The notes under the pieces were generated by a model that was given only the letters and a program-made list of their open reading frames with translations, made no database searches and was not told the origin of the DNA. The position numbers and the translations under genes are program-made. Below are positions 1-14,226 of a stretch of DNA of 64,000 bases, in pieces. How positions within the stretch are numbered: position 1 is the stretch's first letter; each line of letters begins with the position of its first letter. The stretch comes from Octopus sinensis (lineage: Eukaryota): NCBI RefSeq assembly GCF_006345805.1, contig NC_043006.1:12462001-12526000 (forward strand), in the 5' to 3' direction.

Positions 1-1123
1 ATAATCCAGCTTCGATCCACGTGCAACAAATTATCTTCATATACTTTGTTAATGCTCCTATGGAAACCATTAAGTACATAATTTCTATGTCTGAAAGCAC
101 TAAACTCATTGAATAGCAAAGCTATATGTAGATTAGCCATTTTAATATAGTGATGGGAGCTGAGTTCGAATTCCAGTTATCCAACTTTGTGATGTAATTG
201 CTGTTTTCAACAGGAAATAATTTATGGCTTCCAAGTTAGAATTTGTCAAATCATTTTCCCTATTAATTCTGCCTAATTCTTTGATTTATTGAGCAAATTG
301 GTATAGCAGCGTCGTAAATAAGCTTGTGAATTAGATCATGATGCATCGATTAGTAGAGGTGGTTTACACTTCTCACTCGAGCATCCCGCTCACATTTTGA
401 TGGGGAAAAAAAGAAAACAAGTGATTTCAGATTAGAAGCTTTTAAATGCAGTTAATGGAAGTCCAAAAATGAATTAACAGAATTCAGAATTTAATTATCA
501 GCCACATTACAGAACGAGTGAAGTAAAAGACCCAACTTTTTGTTGCACAAGCGCGCTAATAATGAAGACTATATTACGTTCTTGATTAAAGCATCCAACA
601 CCAGATAATATCATTATTATTCTTGATGTGGGTGTTTCTGTTATATCAATCTGGTGCTGTTTGTTCGGTGTTTGGTTGAACCGAGTTTCATAGTTCCCGA
701 TGGAACTATATTCCCGATGAAAAATATGGGACAGAATACAGCAATCTCGTTCAGAAGCGCCAAGGAATATTTTTATTAGTTAAATTACCTAATAAGGTAC
801 TAGAATTGTTACATTACTATAAACATGTAAAAAAAAACGTGATTTTACAGAAGAGATTTGATGCTTCTTTAGACATGGAGTGATGGTTTGCCATCCTAGT
901 GAAATAACAAGCTTATAGGGGTCAACTTGGAGACCAGCATAGTGATCACTCCATCTGTTTAAAGTTAAGGAAACAGAAGTTTTCTTTTTATATGCAAATG
1001 TCTTAAAAGCGAAGGATTCACTGGATGATACTGTTCGATTTTTATTGTATCAGAAACCCCAAACAGTGAATGATAACGTATACAACATCTTTCATCATAA
1101 TCAACTTGTCCAGAATAGATGTA

Positions 1124-1512
1124 GGAAGCACTCCGTCGGTTACGACGACGAGGGTACCGGTTGATCCGAATCAACGGAACAGCCTGCTCGTGAAATTAAC
1201 GTGTAAGTGGCTGAGCACTCCACAGGCACGTGTACCCTTAACGTAATTCTCGGGGGATATTCAGCGTGACACAGAGAGTGACAAGGCCGGCCCTTTGAAA
1301 TACAGGTACAACAGAAACAGGACGTAAGAGTGAGAGAAAGTTGTGGTGAAAGAGTACAGCAGGGATCACCACCATCCCCTGCCGGAGCCTCGTGGAGCTT
1401 TAGGTGTTTTCGCTCAATAAACACTCACAACGCCCGGTCTGGGAATCGAAACCACGATCCTATGACCGCGAGTCCGCTGCCCTAACCACTGGGCCATTGC
1501 GCCTCCACTTAG
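1124..1512 (-). mobile_element. tRNA-derived SINE, type A, full length
   Basis: Minus strand starts GGAGGCGCAATGGCCCAGTGGTTAGG with a B-box-like GGTTTCGATTCC. It is flanked by a 13-bp direct repeat CAGAATAGATGTA (1111-1123 and 1513-1525), a TSD. The body recurs at 10137 and 17807. Confidence 0.9.
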
Positions 1513-1642
1513 CAGAATAGATGTATAATGGGGGTTAAACAGCATCATCACCAACAAAAGTGACAACAACGATGTTCTACTAACATAAGCTCCTTAAACA
1601 AACGATTACAGAGAGGACAATGCAGAAAAAGTTACAAGTTAC

Positions 1643-2150
<508 letters not shown>

Positions 2151-4474
2151 AATATATAACGCTTACGGAACTTTAGTTACTAACATAAATATCTTGTAAA
2201 GTTGAGTAAGCGTTAACCTTGACTGGCAAACATGACAGCCATTTCTAAAAGCATACGAATTAGTATTCGAATATTTCTTTGAATTATCTCCCCCTTTTTT
2301 TTGAGAGTCGTCCACACACACCTCTAAAGTTCTACATACCGCTTAGAAGTATGAAGGAAACTTCAATTAGGATTTTTTCTTGCGTGCAGCAAAACATAGA
2401 TTATCTGTCATTGATCCATTCAAGTTATTTCTCTTGACTCGAAAAGTTTTTCAATTATGTAAAGTATATTAGTCAAAAAGTACCAGTGGCAAGTTTCCTG
2501 TTTGTAGATATTAATGTTTTTCAACTGATCAACCAGGCTTCAGTGGACTCGGCTATGTTAATGAGGCCCACTGGTTCAAAAAATATTCAGAGTTGTTCCT
2601 TCTCTTCAAACGAGGATCAGATATTTTACCACATAACGTAAAATTATTGAAGTTTTTAGAACCTTGAAATTATCTGCCGTTATTCTGGGTGTTTAATGCT
2701 GGTTTTTAAATAGTATACAAAACAAAGTCCTCGAAAACGATTATATCGATCGTAATATGTTAGATGATACATAAAAACAAAAGGAAGGTATGAAAGCAAA
2801 ATATATCTCCTTTAGGTAATATAAACTACCTACAAATAATTGGTTTGGAAGCCTTTTATCTGAGAAATTACGGTCGGCGCTTAATCATCGTCAACGATCT
2901 TGTAAAGTATGAGGAAAATAGCTGATATCTCTACGACATATATTTCAAATATGATTTACACAGCGAAATATAAATATATTTTTTAGCCTCACATTGGTTG
3001 TCTTTTTTTCTTTAGATATTCTATTAAAAAAAATTAAACCTAGTTTGGTCGATTCGCTTCAGGATATATCCTTATATTAACTGGTCATTACCTCTTAAAA
3101 GAAAATAGTATTGTTGGTCTTTCATACAACTACAATGGCATCGACGAAGAACAATGTGAAAAGCGGATGGATTATCCTTTGGAATGAATTACGGGAAATT
3201 GCAAAGTCGCTTTGGATAATGTAACACCACTACACTTTATAGTATTGGTACTTTAGAAGAATAAATCCTATCCAAGAACAGCCTGATTTAAAGGATGATA
3301 ATTACAATACATGGAATTTTAGTACCTGTTGAAAAGAGGGAACGGAACAACCAACCAAAGATCATTATAGAACATTACCAAAAGGATAAAATCGAAAAAA
3401 TATCAAAGACAGGATTTGAAGAACATGCAGGGTGTGATAAGATAAATTATATAGAGATTTGGAATGAAGTTACCGTTATAGACGAGGAACTACGGCAGAA
3501 AGTTTGGCAAATAAAAGACGTTATGTACAGAGTTGAAAATCAAATTAGTATGCTCAGAGCAAAATCCAAGCAAAATATGGCTGCTCATATGAATTTAAAT
3601 ATCCTATTAATTGTCCATCTGGCTTAATACATAGCCTAGAGATATGTTGATATGGAAGAATAGGACACCAGAATATGACCAAGAATGAACAAATTTAGAC
3701 ATAATGTAGAACAATGACATAAGCGACTGCGGATTAATAGTCCGGAAATGCTAATCTACCTTAAGACTAATTCAGTTGAAATACAACATCTGAAATTCGT
3801 TCATGCGTTGTTCAGTTTTCGTTTATGTGTCTTGTGGAATGGCGGTTATAGATATTAATCTATATAATTATTTTTATTTTATACCACAAGATGCGAACAA
3901 TGTCGTTGTCAGTTACAGTATTCTGAGACACCAATCGCTGGGTCACTGCATTTCTAACCGATGATTAACAATGAGATGTATAGAGCTTGCTATAGTGTAA
4001 AAATCTTGAGGGCTTTCGCATGTAAAGCAGCGGATTTTGGTTTTTCTTACTCTATTTTATACACTTCCGAAACATTACTCAGCGTAAGAAATGACTTCCC
4101 CCGCACATACACGTACACGAGTGGTTCTCTGTCTGTATCGACGATGAACTATTAGATGTTTAACTAATAATATTACTATTCAAGAAATTTAATCAAAAGT
4201 GACTGAATGCCCCTATCATGAACACTGCAAGGCATGTTGTTCAATGCGTTAAAACATACAGACACATAGACACATACACAAACGAACACAAATGTGTTTC
4301 TCGTAGTACGGTTCGAAAAGAAAGAAACATTTGAAATTAAATAAAATCGATATGTGTGCGTGTGTGTATTCTCGCGCGGGCGTCTCTCTGTGCGCATGCG
4401 TATGCGTGCGTGCGTGTGTTTGCATTTATATATACAATTGTATATAGACGCATATCTTTCTGAGTATATGTATG

Positions 4475-4510
<36 letters not shown>

Positions 4511-4514
4511 ATAT

Positions 4515-4571
<57 letters not shown>

Positions 4572-4821
4572 TGACTGATATATACTTTTATGTAAATCGT
4601 GGGATGACACAGACATAGTTATATTTCGGGATGGTCTCAAATACAAACAGAATGGACTAAACAAGACAGGTGGAGACACGCGGGATGGAGAGTGACTGAA
4701 GAGGTCACAGGATGTGTGATGAAAGATTTCAGACAAAGGACATTAAAATAAGAATAATACAAAAGCTGAAGTGAAGAATGAGTATATAGTGTACAGTTCA
4801 ATATCTAAGAGATGAGGAATT

Positions 4822-5005
4822 ATGTACTTTATTTACATTTGACGGATATCCATCCTGATCTTGTTTGTTGTTAATACAACGTTTCGGTTGACATACTCTC
4901 CAGTCTTCATCTTGGAGAAATTTCGAACTTGAGTTCTCATTCCTAAGGTATTTTTCGATGTTGTTGTTGTTATTATTATTATTATTATTATTATCATTGT
5001 TGTTG

Positions 5006-5063
<58 letters not shown>

Positions 5064-5089
5064 CATTATTATTATTATTATTATTATTA

Positions 5090-5134
<45 letters not shown>

Positions 5135-5135
5135 T

Positions 5136-5195
<60 letters not shown>

Positions 5196-5317
5196 TATTA
5201 TTATTATTATTATTATTATTTTATTCTTCTTCTTATTATTATTGTTATTATTATTTAGCTCACAGCCCTGAATCAAACTCGGAATCTTGGGGTTAGTAGC
5301 ATGCGCTCTTAACCACT
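4822..5317 (-). mobile_element. Composite repeat: tRNA-like head, (AAT)n tract, Penelope-like tail (left copy)
   Basis: Minus strand reads AGTGGTTAAGAGCGC...GAGTTTGATTC (A/B-box-like), about 300 bp of (AAT)n, then ATGAAGACTGGAGAGTATGTCAACCGAAACGTTG...GTCAAATGTAAATA. Confidence 0.6.
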
Positions 5318-5338
5318 TCGATTCCAGGCTGTGACCTA

Positions 5339-5403
<65 letters not shown>

Positions 5404-5497
5404 TAACAACAACAACAAAATGAGACCTGATGAAGGCTGGAAGGTATACCAACAAACAAGATGAGGACGAATATTCGTCAAATGTAAATAATGTAAA
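5318..5497 (+). mobile_element. Second, internally deleted copy of the same composite repeat in inverted orientation
   Basis: TCGATTCCAGGCTGTGACCTAAA, then (TAA)n, then CCTGATGAAGGCTGGAAGGTATAC...CAACAAACAAGATGAGGACGAATATTCGTCAAATGTAAATA. This is the reverse-complement match to the left copy. Confidence 0.6.
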
Positions 5498-6500
5498 CAG
5501 AGAATGCAGTGTGAGATGTTACTTAGAAAAAATGCCCATCCCGAAACATACCAATATGTGTGTGTGTATGTGTGTGTGTGATCATTTAAGATATATCCAA
5601 TTATTTAACATTGTCAATGTCAATGTAAAGGAATATGAGACAAATATTTGAGACAGAAGACAGAAATAGGCCTACGCAGTTAATTTATTCATAAGAATGC
5701 TTCTGTATTTTTCCTCGCTGAAAAAACCCTCTTATATAACTTTCGTAGTGTGACTAAAACTGATTATAGATAGCGAAAAAAAAAAGAAAACAAGATTCGT
5801 TTATGATTCTGCCATTCTGTCGAGAATTCTGGAACTCTAGCTTATATATTAGTTGTCTGTATTTTCGCTGAATCAATTCTAGAACCGAAATAACCACAAT
5901 CAACGCACCAATCTTTCACATTCACGATATGCATACCACAGCAGTTTTATATACGAAGATAATTCTTCTTATCTTTCGTTACGATAGCTATATCAATCAG
6001 AAGCCATCATTTTTTATATTTTTCATCATCACCATCATCAACATCATCATTATCATTATTATTATTATTGAAATCATTATTATTATTATTTTGCATTGAC
6101 GCTGTTTGTCAAAAACTCAAGGGAAAATTTTATTTCCTATTTAGAGTAAACAAACGTTCCATACACAATGCGGCGTCGTTGACATTAAGTAGAATTACAA
6201 TTTTACGTGCTTCTACCATTAGTTTTATATCTGTATTAAATGTTATTGTTTGAATGTTGTTTATTTAACCTCTCATTACATCTTACGAAACAGACGTATG
6301 ATTAAATCGTTGCGACTATGACCACCCAATGTCACGTTTAGACACTTATTCATTCTGTCCTCCCTAATAAGAGAGCAGGACATGGGAAAATTATTTGACT
6401 TTTAATTCTTCCAAGATTGTCATAAAATTGCTTATATTTCGACTCTTCATATCTATTACCTTGCGCAAAATTTTAAAATTGTTATTATCTCTGTGGCGAC

Positions 6501-7110
6501 GGCGGCGAGCAGGCAGAAACGTTAGCACGCCGGGCGAAATGCTTAGCGGTATTTCGTCTGCGTTACGTTGTGAGTTCAAATTCCGCCGAGGTCGACTTTG
6601 CCTTTCATCCTTTCGGGGTCGATAAATTAAGTACCAGTTACGCACTGGGGTCTGTAATCGACTTAATACCCATGTCTGTCCTTGTTTGTCCCCTCTGTGT
6701 TTAACCCCTTGTGAGTAATAAAGAAATAGGTATTTCGTCTGCCGCTACGTTCCGAATTAATGATGATAACAACAACAATATCGAAATTCCGCCGAGGTCG
6801 ACTTTGCCTTTCATCCTTTCGGAGTATATAAATTATGTACCAGTAACATACTGGGGTCGATGTAATCGACTTAATCCGTTTGTCTGTCCTTGTTTGTCCC
6901 CTCTATGTTTAGCCCCTTTTGGGCAATACAGAAACATGAATTTCGTCTGTCGTTACGTTCTGAGTTCAAATTCCGCCCAGGTCGACTTTACCTTTTATCC
7001 TTTCGTGGTCGATAAATTAAGTATCAGCTGATCACTGGGGTCAATGTAATCGACTAGTCCTCTCTCACAAAATTTCTGGCCTTGTGCCTATTGTAGAAAA
7101 GATTATTATT
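6501..7110 (+). mobile_element. SINE type C, one head plus tandem ~180-bp body units (3 units)
   Basis: Head GGCGGCGAGC(A/T)GGCAGAAACGTTAGCACGCC. The body GTATTTCGTC...GAGTTCAAATTCCGCCGAGGTCGACTTTGCC...AAGAAATAG is repeated head to tail. Confidence 0.85.
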
Positions 7111-7653
7111 TCTGTGGTGAGATAAAGGGTCGAGGCTGGTAGAATTGCTACCGAGCCGGAAAAGATACTGAGTTCAAATACTTCTGAGGTCAACGTTCAT
7201 GCTTTCGGTGCTCGATAAAATAAAGTACTAGATAACTAAGCCACGCCTTCAAAATCCTGTTCTGTGTACTTAAATCAGAAAATATTATCTTCTCTAGGAA
7301 GATGTGTCCCATTAGGTTTCAGATTCTCTGTAAAAGGTAATGCTTTTTATTCATATTATTTTGAATTAATCACGCATTATTTCGTAGCCTCAAGTTTTCG
7401 ATTTCATGAATCTTATTTTCATAATGACGTTGTAGAGTAGATGTGAGAGGCCAATTTCAGCATAAAACATGTAGAATATCTTAGTCGGAAATGGCTGGTT
7501 AAAATACTAAAGCATTAGATATTTAGCAGTACTAAATATAGTTGTGGTGCATGGGGAAATTCCGCTTAGTACAAATGTTACATTAAATTTGATTTTGTGT
7601 GGTTTAGTGGTTAGGGTATTCAGTTGACGATTGTAAGACATGAATTCGAATCA

Positions 7654-8056
7654 TATTTCTTTATTGCCCACAAGGAGCTAAACATGGAGGGGACAAAGGG
7701 ATTAAGTCGACTAGATCGACCCCCCAGTGCGTAACTGGTACTTAATTTATCGATCCCGAAAGGATGAAAAGCAAAGTCGAGCTTGGCGGAATTTAAACTC
7801 AGAACATAAAGACAGACGAAATACCTATTTCTTTACTACCCACAAGGAGCTAAACACAGAGGGGACAATCAAAGACAGACAAAAGGATTATGTCGATTAT
7901 ATCGACCCCTGTGCGTAACTGGTACTTTATTTATCGACCCCGAAAGGATGAAAGGCAAAGTCGACCTCGCTGGAATTTGAACTCAGAACGTAACGGCAGA
8001 CGAAATACGGCTACGGATTGCGCCCGGCGTTCTAACGTTTCTGCCAGCTCGCCGCC
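7654..8056 (-). mobile_element. SINE type C, head plus 2 tandem body units
   Basis: Reverse complement of type C. The unit junction GACGAAATACCTATTTC lies near 7815-7831. Confidence 0.85.
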
Positions 8057-9385
8057 TTTTGAATTCGGATCTTGGCAGCTTGATGTGTCCTTAAACAAGA
8101 GACTTTATTTCATGTGGCTCCTGTCCACTCGCGGGACAAAAATGAGTCGTATCCGTAGTTCAATGACTCAGAATTGTGTATCTGTAGTTCACTTAGCCAG
8201 ACTTTGTGTGTTACGCTGAGTCTCCTTGAGAACTATGCTTGCACGTTTATGTTATGCGCAACCACTTGCACGTTTATGTCACGAGCAGGCTGATCCCTTG
8301 ATCGAATCAACCGGAACACTTGTCGTCGCAACCGACAGAGTGTTAGTTTTATAGATCGTCTTATCATAGTTTGTCTTCGCTTTCGTTCAATTGTCAAGAT
8401 TAAAATTCGAACTAATGCTGAGATAAAGGGAAACAGCTTTATAAATCCGTCATGTTGCGAATTTCTTGTTATTGGCGCTGTTGCAAATCCCTAGATATCC
8501 TTGAGTGTACGGATTAGTGATCCAAAGTATGCCAGGCATTACGAACATGTTATTTAAGAGAAGATGATATGATCTGAAGTAAATCTAGTTGGAATTTCTA
8601 GCAAATAGAAGGGCCACATACAGGCATATATTGGTTGCTTCTTTCTAAGTGTCTGCCAAGAAGCGATAACTATTCCAACTATTACATTCCATCTTACATA
8701 TGTGTACGGACATTAAACACCATTATTATCAAGGGGATACTTATTAGAATCAATAGAGCGGCGAACGAAAAGGCCTTGTGGCAGTACATAATATCTTCCT
8801 TTTCACATTTCTAACTCTACCGTGGTTAAAGTTAGACGTCACTTTTTCCGGGATCGATCGAATAAGTACTAGTCAAGTACTGGAATCGATTAACTCGGCT
8901 AAACACTTTCTGCAAAATATATGCCTTTGGGCTTAACTTAAAAACTAATAATCACTGTTCCAACTTGAAATAGTTGTTGATGTTGCTGTTGTTGTTTAAG
9001 CTTCATGGAGCAATTAGATTTGATAACGATGTCTTCTCGTGTATGTTTTTGTATATGTTACAGGAAACGACGTGTAGATAGTCCAAAGTAGAAACGACGT
9101 GTGCATAGTATGACACATCCTTCAACATATAATCAAACCTTTGGCATACAACACTCAAATTAAAAGCATTCTTGCAGAAAGAATATTATGAGAATATGTA
9201 GAAGCATCGTCTTCCATGTAAGTTCTAAGACGGCACGAATTCTCACTTGATATATATATATATACAACACATTTTATATTTTTTTAATCTCAGTCACCTG
9301 AGCTCTTTACAGATTTATTCGCATAATATGAGGAGTTTAATCGGATTAGTAAACAGGGAAACTTACTACTACTACTACTGCTACT

Positions 9386-9416
<31 letters not shown>

Positions 9417-9594
9417 TCGTTATTAAGGAAATTTACTTAAGAATATTGATGTTACTACATGAGAGAGGTGATAAAGATTTTGTCGTGAAATAAAGTATTA
9501 TATAAAATATGTCTAAGCCAAAAGAAGCTCACAAACATACAGAAACGCAGACACAAACACACATATATATATATACAGAGAGAGAGAGACATTT

Positions 9595-9632
<38 letters not shown>

Positions 9633-9732
9633 TATATACATATATATAAAGTAACATGCATACACACACACAAACATTATATATATATATACATATATAT
9701 GCATATATATAATATATATATATATATATATA

Positions 9733-9881
<149 letters not shown>

Positions 9882-10136
9882 CTATTTACGTAAAGCTGAA
9901 AATCAAATTAGGAGAGATTACATTAATTTTTCTTAATCCTGAAATATGGTGTCTCGTGTTTGATTAATGAAACCTGTTACATTGCAAAGAAAAAAAACCC
10001 CTACTGCAGTAAAGAACAAGCAATCTGGGTCAAGGTATGTCATGGGGTTTATATTATTCCCTTCGTCGTTATGTCGAGAGTACTTCGATTCGGCTGTGCT
10101 CGGCAGTCAGGGCTACCAGGTGCTTTCTCTTAAAGT

Positions 10137-10450
10137 GGAAGCACTCCGTCGGTTACGACGATGAGGGTTCCGGTTGATCCGAATCATATCAACGGAACAG
10201 CCTGCTCGTGAAATTAACGTGCAAGTGGCTGAGCACTCCACAGACACGTGTACCCTTAACGTAGTTCTCGGGGATATTCAGTGTGACGCAGAGAGTGACA
10301 AGGCCGGCCCCTTGAAATACAGGTACAACAGAAACAGGAAGTAAGAGTGAGAGAAAGTTGTGGTAAAAGAGTACAGCAGGGATCACCACCATCCCCTGCC
10401 GGAGCCTCGTGGAGCTTTTATGTGTTTTCGCTCAATAAACACTCACAACG
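10137..10450 (-). mobile_element. SINE type A, 5'-truncated
   Basis: Near-identical to about 1124-1432. Confidence 0.85.
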
Positions 10451-10796
10451 AAATATAACCATTCGTCTATATGGATTTGGCTTGTGTTGACTATCTTTTT
10501 GCTATCTCCGATGGCGCGAGATCGGAATGCAAGAGGTAGGTAAATAACATTTGCAAATCTATAATCTAATGGAATGTTACGCTGAGGACGGAAATGATGT
10601 ATTTATAATTCTAACCCAGAAACGCGTCCGTAGCTGACCGAAGACTTAGTTTTCGTTATTTTTCCTTCTTTTTTTTACATATGTGAGTTACATGTATAGG
10701 TTATATGTAGAGTTATATTTGTAAAAAATAGAAATAAGCGGTTTTTGACTGCTATTTCTAAATTTTCGGTATGTGGCTAAGCAACCTGTTGCTTAT

Positions 10797-10838
<42 letters not shown>

Positions 10839-10975
10839 ATATATATAAATATATGTATATAAACAGCTTTTTGTAAAAGTTTCTACCTATAATGGTTATA
10901 TTTCCATATCGAAAACTACTCGGTAATAATTGTTAATTTTAAAATTAATAATTATTTACCCTTATATTATTAGAT

Positions 10976-11008
<33 letters not shown>

Positions 11009-11045
11009 GTATGTATATCGAGAGGGAAAGTGTGAGAAAGAGAGG

Positions 11046-11106
<61 letters not shown>

Positions 11107-11452
11107 GTAGGCATTTGTGTAAATCGGTGTAAATTGGCCGTCGTGTTTCCGTCCGGGAAATGAAAGATAGTGTTCGAAAAGAGAGGGAAATCTGATAAAA
11201 CTGAAGAAATAGATAAAAAAAAAAAACATTCGGTCAATGCAGTATTGAACGTCGTCCCATTGCATGGCTGCATTCCAGTGAGCGAAACCATTTGATGTTT
11301 AAAAAACTAATTTACCTAAGCAGATATGTTTCATCAATCAATATTATATTGAATCGCCACAAGAATAACAATACCCGATAGGAATTATATTTAGGTTAAA
11401 TTTTTTCTCGAGATAATTACTGCAGAAAACATATGTTACGTCTGCTTTCCAG

Positions 11453-11528
11453 GAATATTTTAGAATATATTAATGGTATTGAATACGTTAAAAACTATGA
11501 TAATTTGCCAATTCCTCATTATAATAGG
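11453..11528 (+). CDS. Candidate internal coding exon, unknown protein (NILEYINGIEYVKNYDNLPIPHYNK)
   Basis: Acceptor CTGCTTTCCAG|G and donor AAG|GTATCT, with an open frame (phase 2 to 0). No homology recognised. Confidence 0.3.
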
Positions 11529-11648
11529 TATCTATCTGTATGTGGCTAGCTTCAATGGTTTATGGATTACGCATTTGGTATTTAATCTGACGTTCGTAGA
11601 AGGAGACTAGAATGTAGTCATGTAGATTACAGGTTTTTTTTTTATTTG

Positions 11649-12058
11649 GTGTGTGGTAAGTAGCTTGCTTACCAACCACATGGTTCCGGGTTCAGTCCCA
11701 CTGCGTGGCACCTTGGGCAAGTGTCTTCTACTATAGCCTCGGGCCGACCAAAGCCTTGTGACTGGATTTGGTAGACGGAAACTGAAAGAAGCCCGTCGTA
11801 TATATGTATATATATATATATATATATATGTGCGTGTATGTTTGTGTGTCTGTGTTTGTCCCCCTAGCATTGCTTGACAACCGATGCTGGTGTGTTTATG
11901 TCCCCGTCACTTAGCGGTTCGGCAAAAGAGACCGATAGAATAAGTACTGGGCTTACAAAGAATAAGTCTCGGGGTCGAGTTGCTCGATTAAAGGTGGTGC
12001 TCCAGCATGGCCGAAGTCAAATGACTGAAACAAGTAAAAGAGTAAAAAAGTAAAAGAG
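11649..12058 (+). mobile_element. SINE type B, slightly 5'-truncated
   Basis: Matches 1750-2150. Confidence 0.85.
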
Positions 12059-14077
12059 AGTTAACTATTTACTGAAGGATAAATGACAAGCATATCCTTT
12101 AGTAAGAACTCACCCGAAAACAAAGAGACTAGAAACTAGATATTGGTAACCCCGTTTAGTTCAAAGTTTTACCGTTTCAGCCACAACGCATTCCTTATAA
12201 ATATTTGCATTTCCTGGAGAAGATACAGCGGTATGGTGTTCCGTTTGAGTTTTCTAGGCTCATACAGACATCACATATGGCGACTATTCTATTCTCATCT
12301 GAAAATTTTCCATGGGCCGAAACAAAATCTAAACGTAAAATAGCAGTAGCATTTACGAATTAATCATCATCTTTAGTGATTAATCATGAAGAGTACCTAT
12401 TTTGTAGCTCCTATACATTGTCCTTTCCAGCTCTTTAAGAACCGTTATATTAAAATTTTCGCTAAGCTTAAGTAAGCTAGTGAGATTAGTAACCTTGCTA
12501 TGGTATTAATAAAGCAGCGTGCGTACACAAGGGGAGCAGTATACCTGAAAAGGCTCTTAAAGTTTCACAGAGTCGAGATGGTTTTCAGCAATAAAATATT
12601 GAAAGCAAGTACAACAACAAAATAGTTTGAATTTGAACAGAAAATTGTGTTATCAGTGAGTAGAATCGAGATGATGTTGTACGAAGATCTGATATAATTT
12701 CATTATATAAGTTCTCGTGGAATTGCGTGAGCTGAAGCAGAAATCAAATTCATGGTATTGAGCAAGACACTTCATTTCACGTTTACTCCGCTGAAAATAA
12801 ATATCAGCCGAGTACTTGTAAAGCTCATTCTCCTTCCAGCTCTCAAATCTTATAAGTGCCGCTGGGTCAAAGGCTGAGAGAGTCGATAGGGTATCAAATC
12901 GTACTCACGGCTGGCTAGTTATGTAAGTACTCAACGTTTCTAAAAAATGTCCATATAAATTGAAAACAGAGGCTCTACTACATGCAAATATTAAAAACGG
13001 GTAGGCGTTGAGTGGTATTAGAAAATATGGTTAATAGGTTCTGTATGGTTAAAATAATGTGCTGAATTTTGTTATTGGGATGGGGAGCAAAACATGGGAA
13101 GGGGATATTTCTAAAAAGCCATTCGGTGTAAGGGGATGCAGAAATGCAAATGGCTGCGAATCGCTGTTTGTATAATTAATGTTATGTTTATTAATAGACC
13201 GTTTATCTAATTACATGATTACTGATTGCGATTTAGAGTCAAAAATCAACATGAAAACGAAACAGAAGAATATTTTAAAAAGGCATTGAAAGTAAGAGAC
13301 ACGCGTCGCCTCAGCCAACCATTATCATGATTTTGTTAGAATTCAAAGCAAACAAGCACACAAACACAGAGAATGGAAAGGAGATATAGTTTTGAGCAAA
13401 CTTGCAGTTCAGTTTATCTATTGGCGAACCACATAGTAATATACAGATGCTTGTTTTGATGAAACCCGTTTGGAAGAAAAGACAGATAATCAAAGCAGAA
13501 CTGGTGAATAGCTGATAACATACATCATTTATGCATCAATGACCCCGTGTTAAAAATATTCCATGTAGGTAACATAGCATGTTTGTATTCCTGAGAGACA
13601 TATTGAAATAGTCGAATAAAATGATGCATTGCTACTTACTGAGTAAAAATATATATGTATATATAACGTAAAATAAAACAAAAATTATTTAGATAAGAAG
13701 TAGTTATCAAATTACAGCAAAGTACATATCTATATATTTTTTTTTAATAAGTTAGTTATTTATAAGAAGGTAGATGTAGATTTGCAAAATATAATTGGAA
13801 ATAGAACGATACACAGTTGGTGGTGCTTTAATCAATAAAAGTTTTATATGAGTACGGGCGTGTGTTTGTACATGTGTATATGAGTATTTGTATAAGTGAA
13901 TACACACACGCACACTCATATAAACATATACACATATATATTACATATATGTATATATATTATATATAATATATATATGTGTATACATAAAAGAGAGAGA
14001 GGCGGAGGGAGGGTATTGAATGGAGGAAGATAGATGGGATGAGAGTGAAAATGGAAAACAGAAAACACACACACACA

Positions 14078-14135
<58 letters not shown>

Positions 14136-14176
14136 GCATATGTATTTATGAATATATATATATGCATATGTATTTA

Positions 14177-14226
<50 letters not shown>

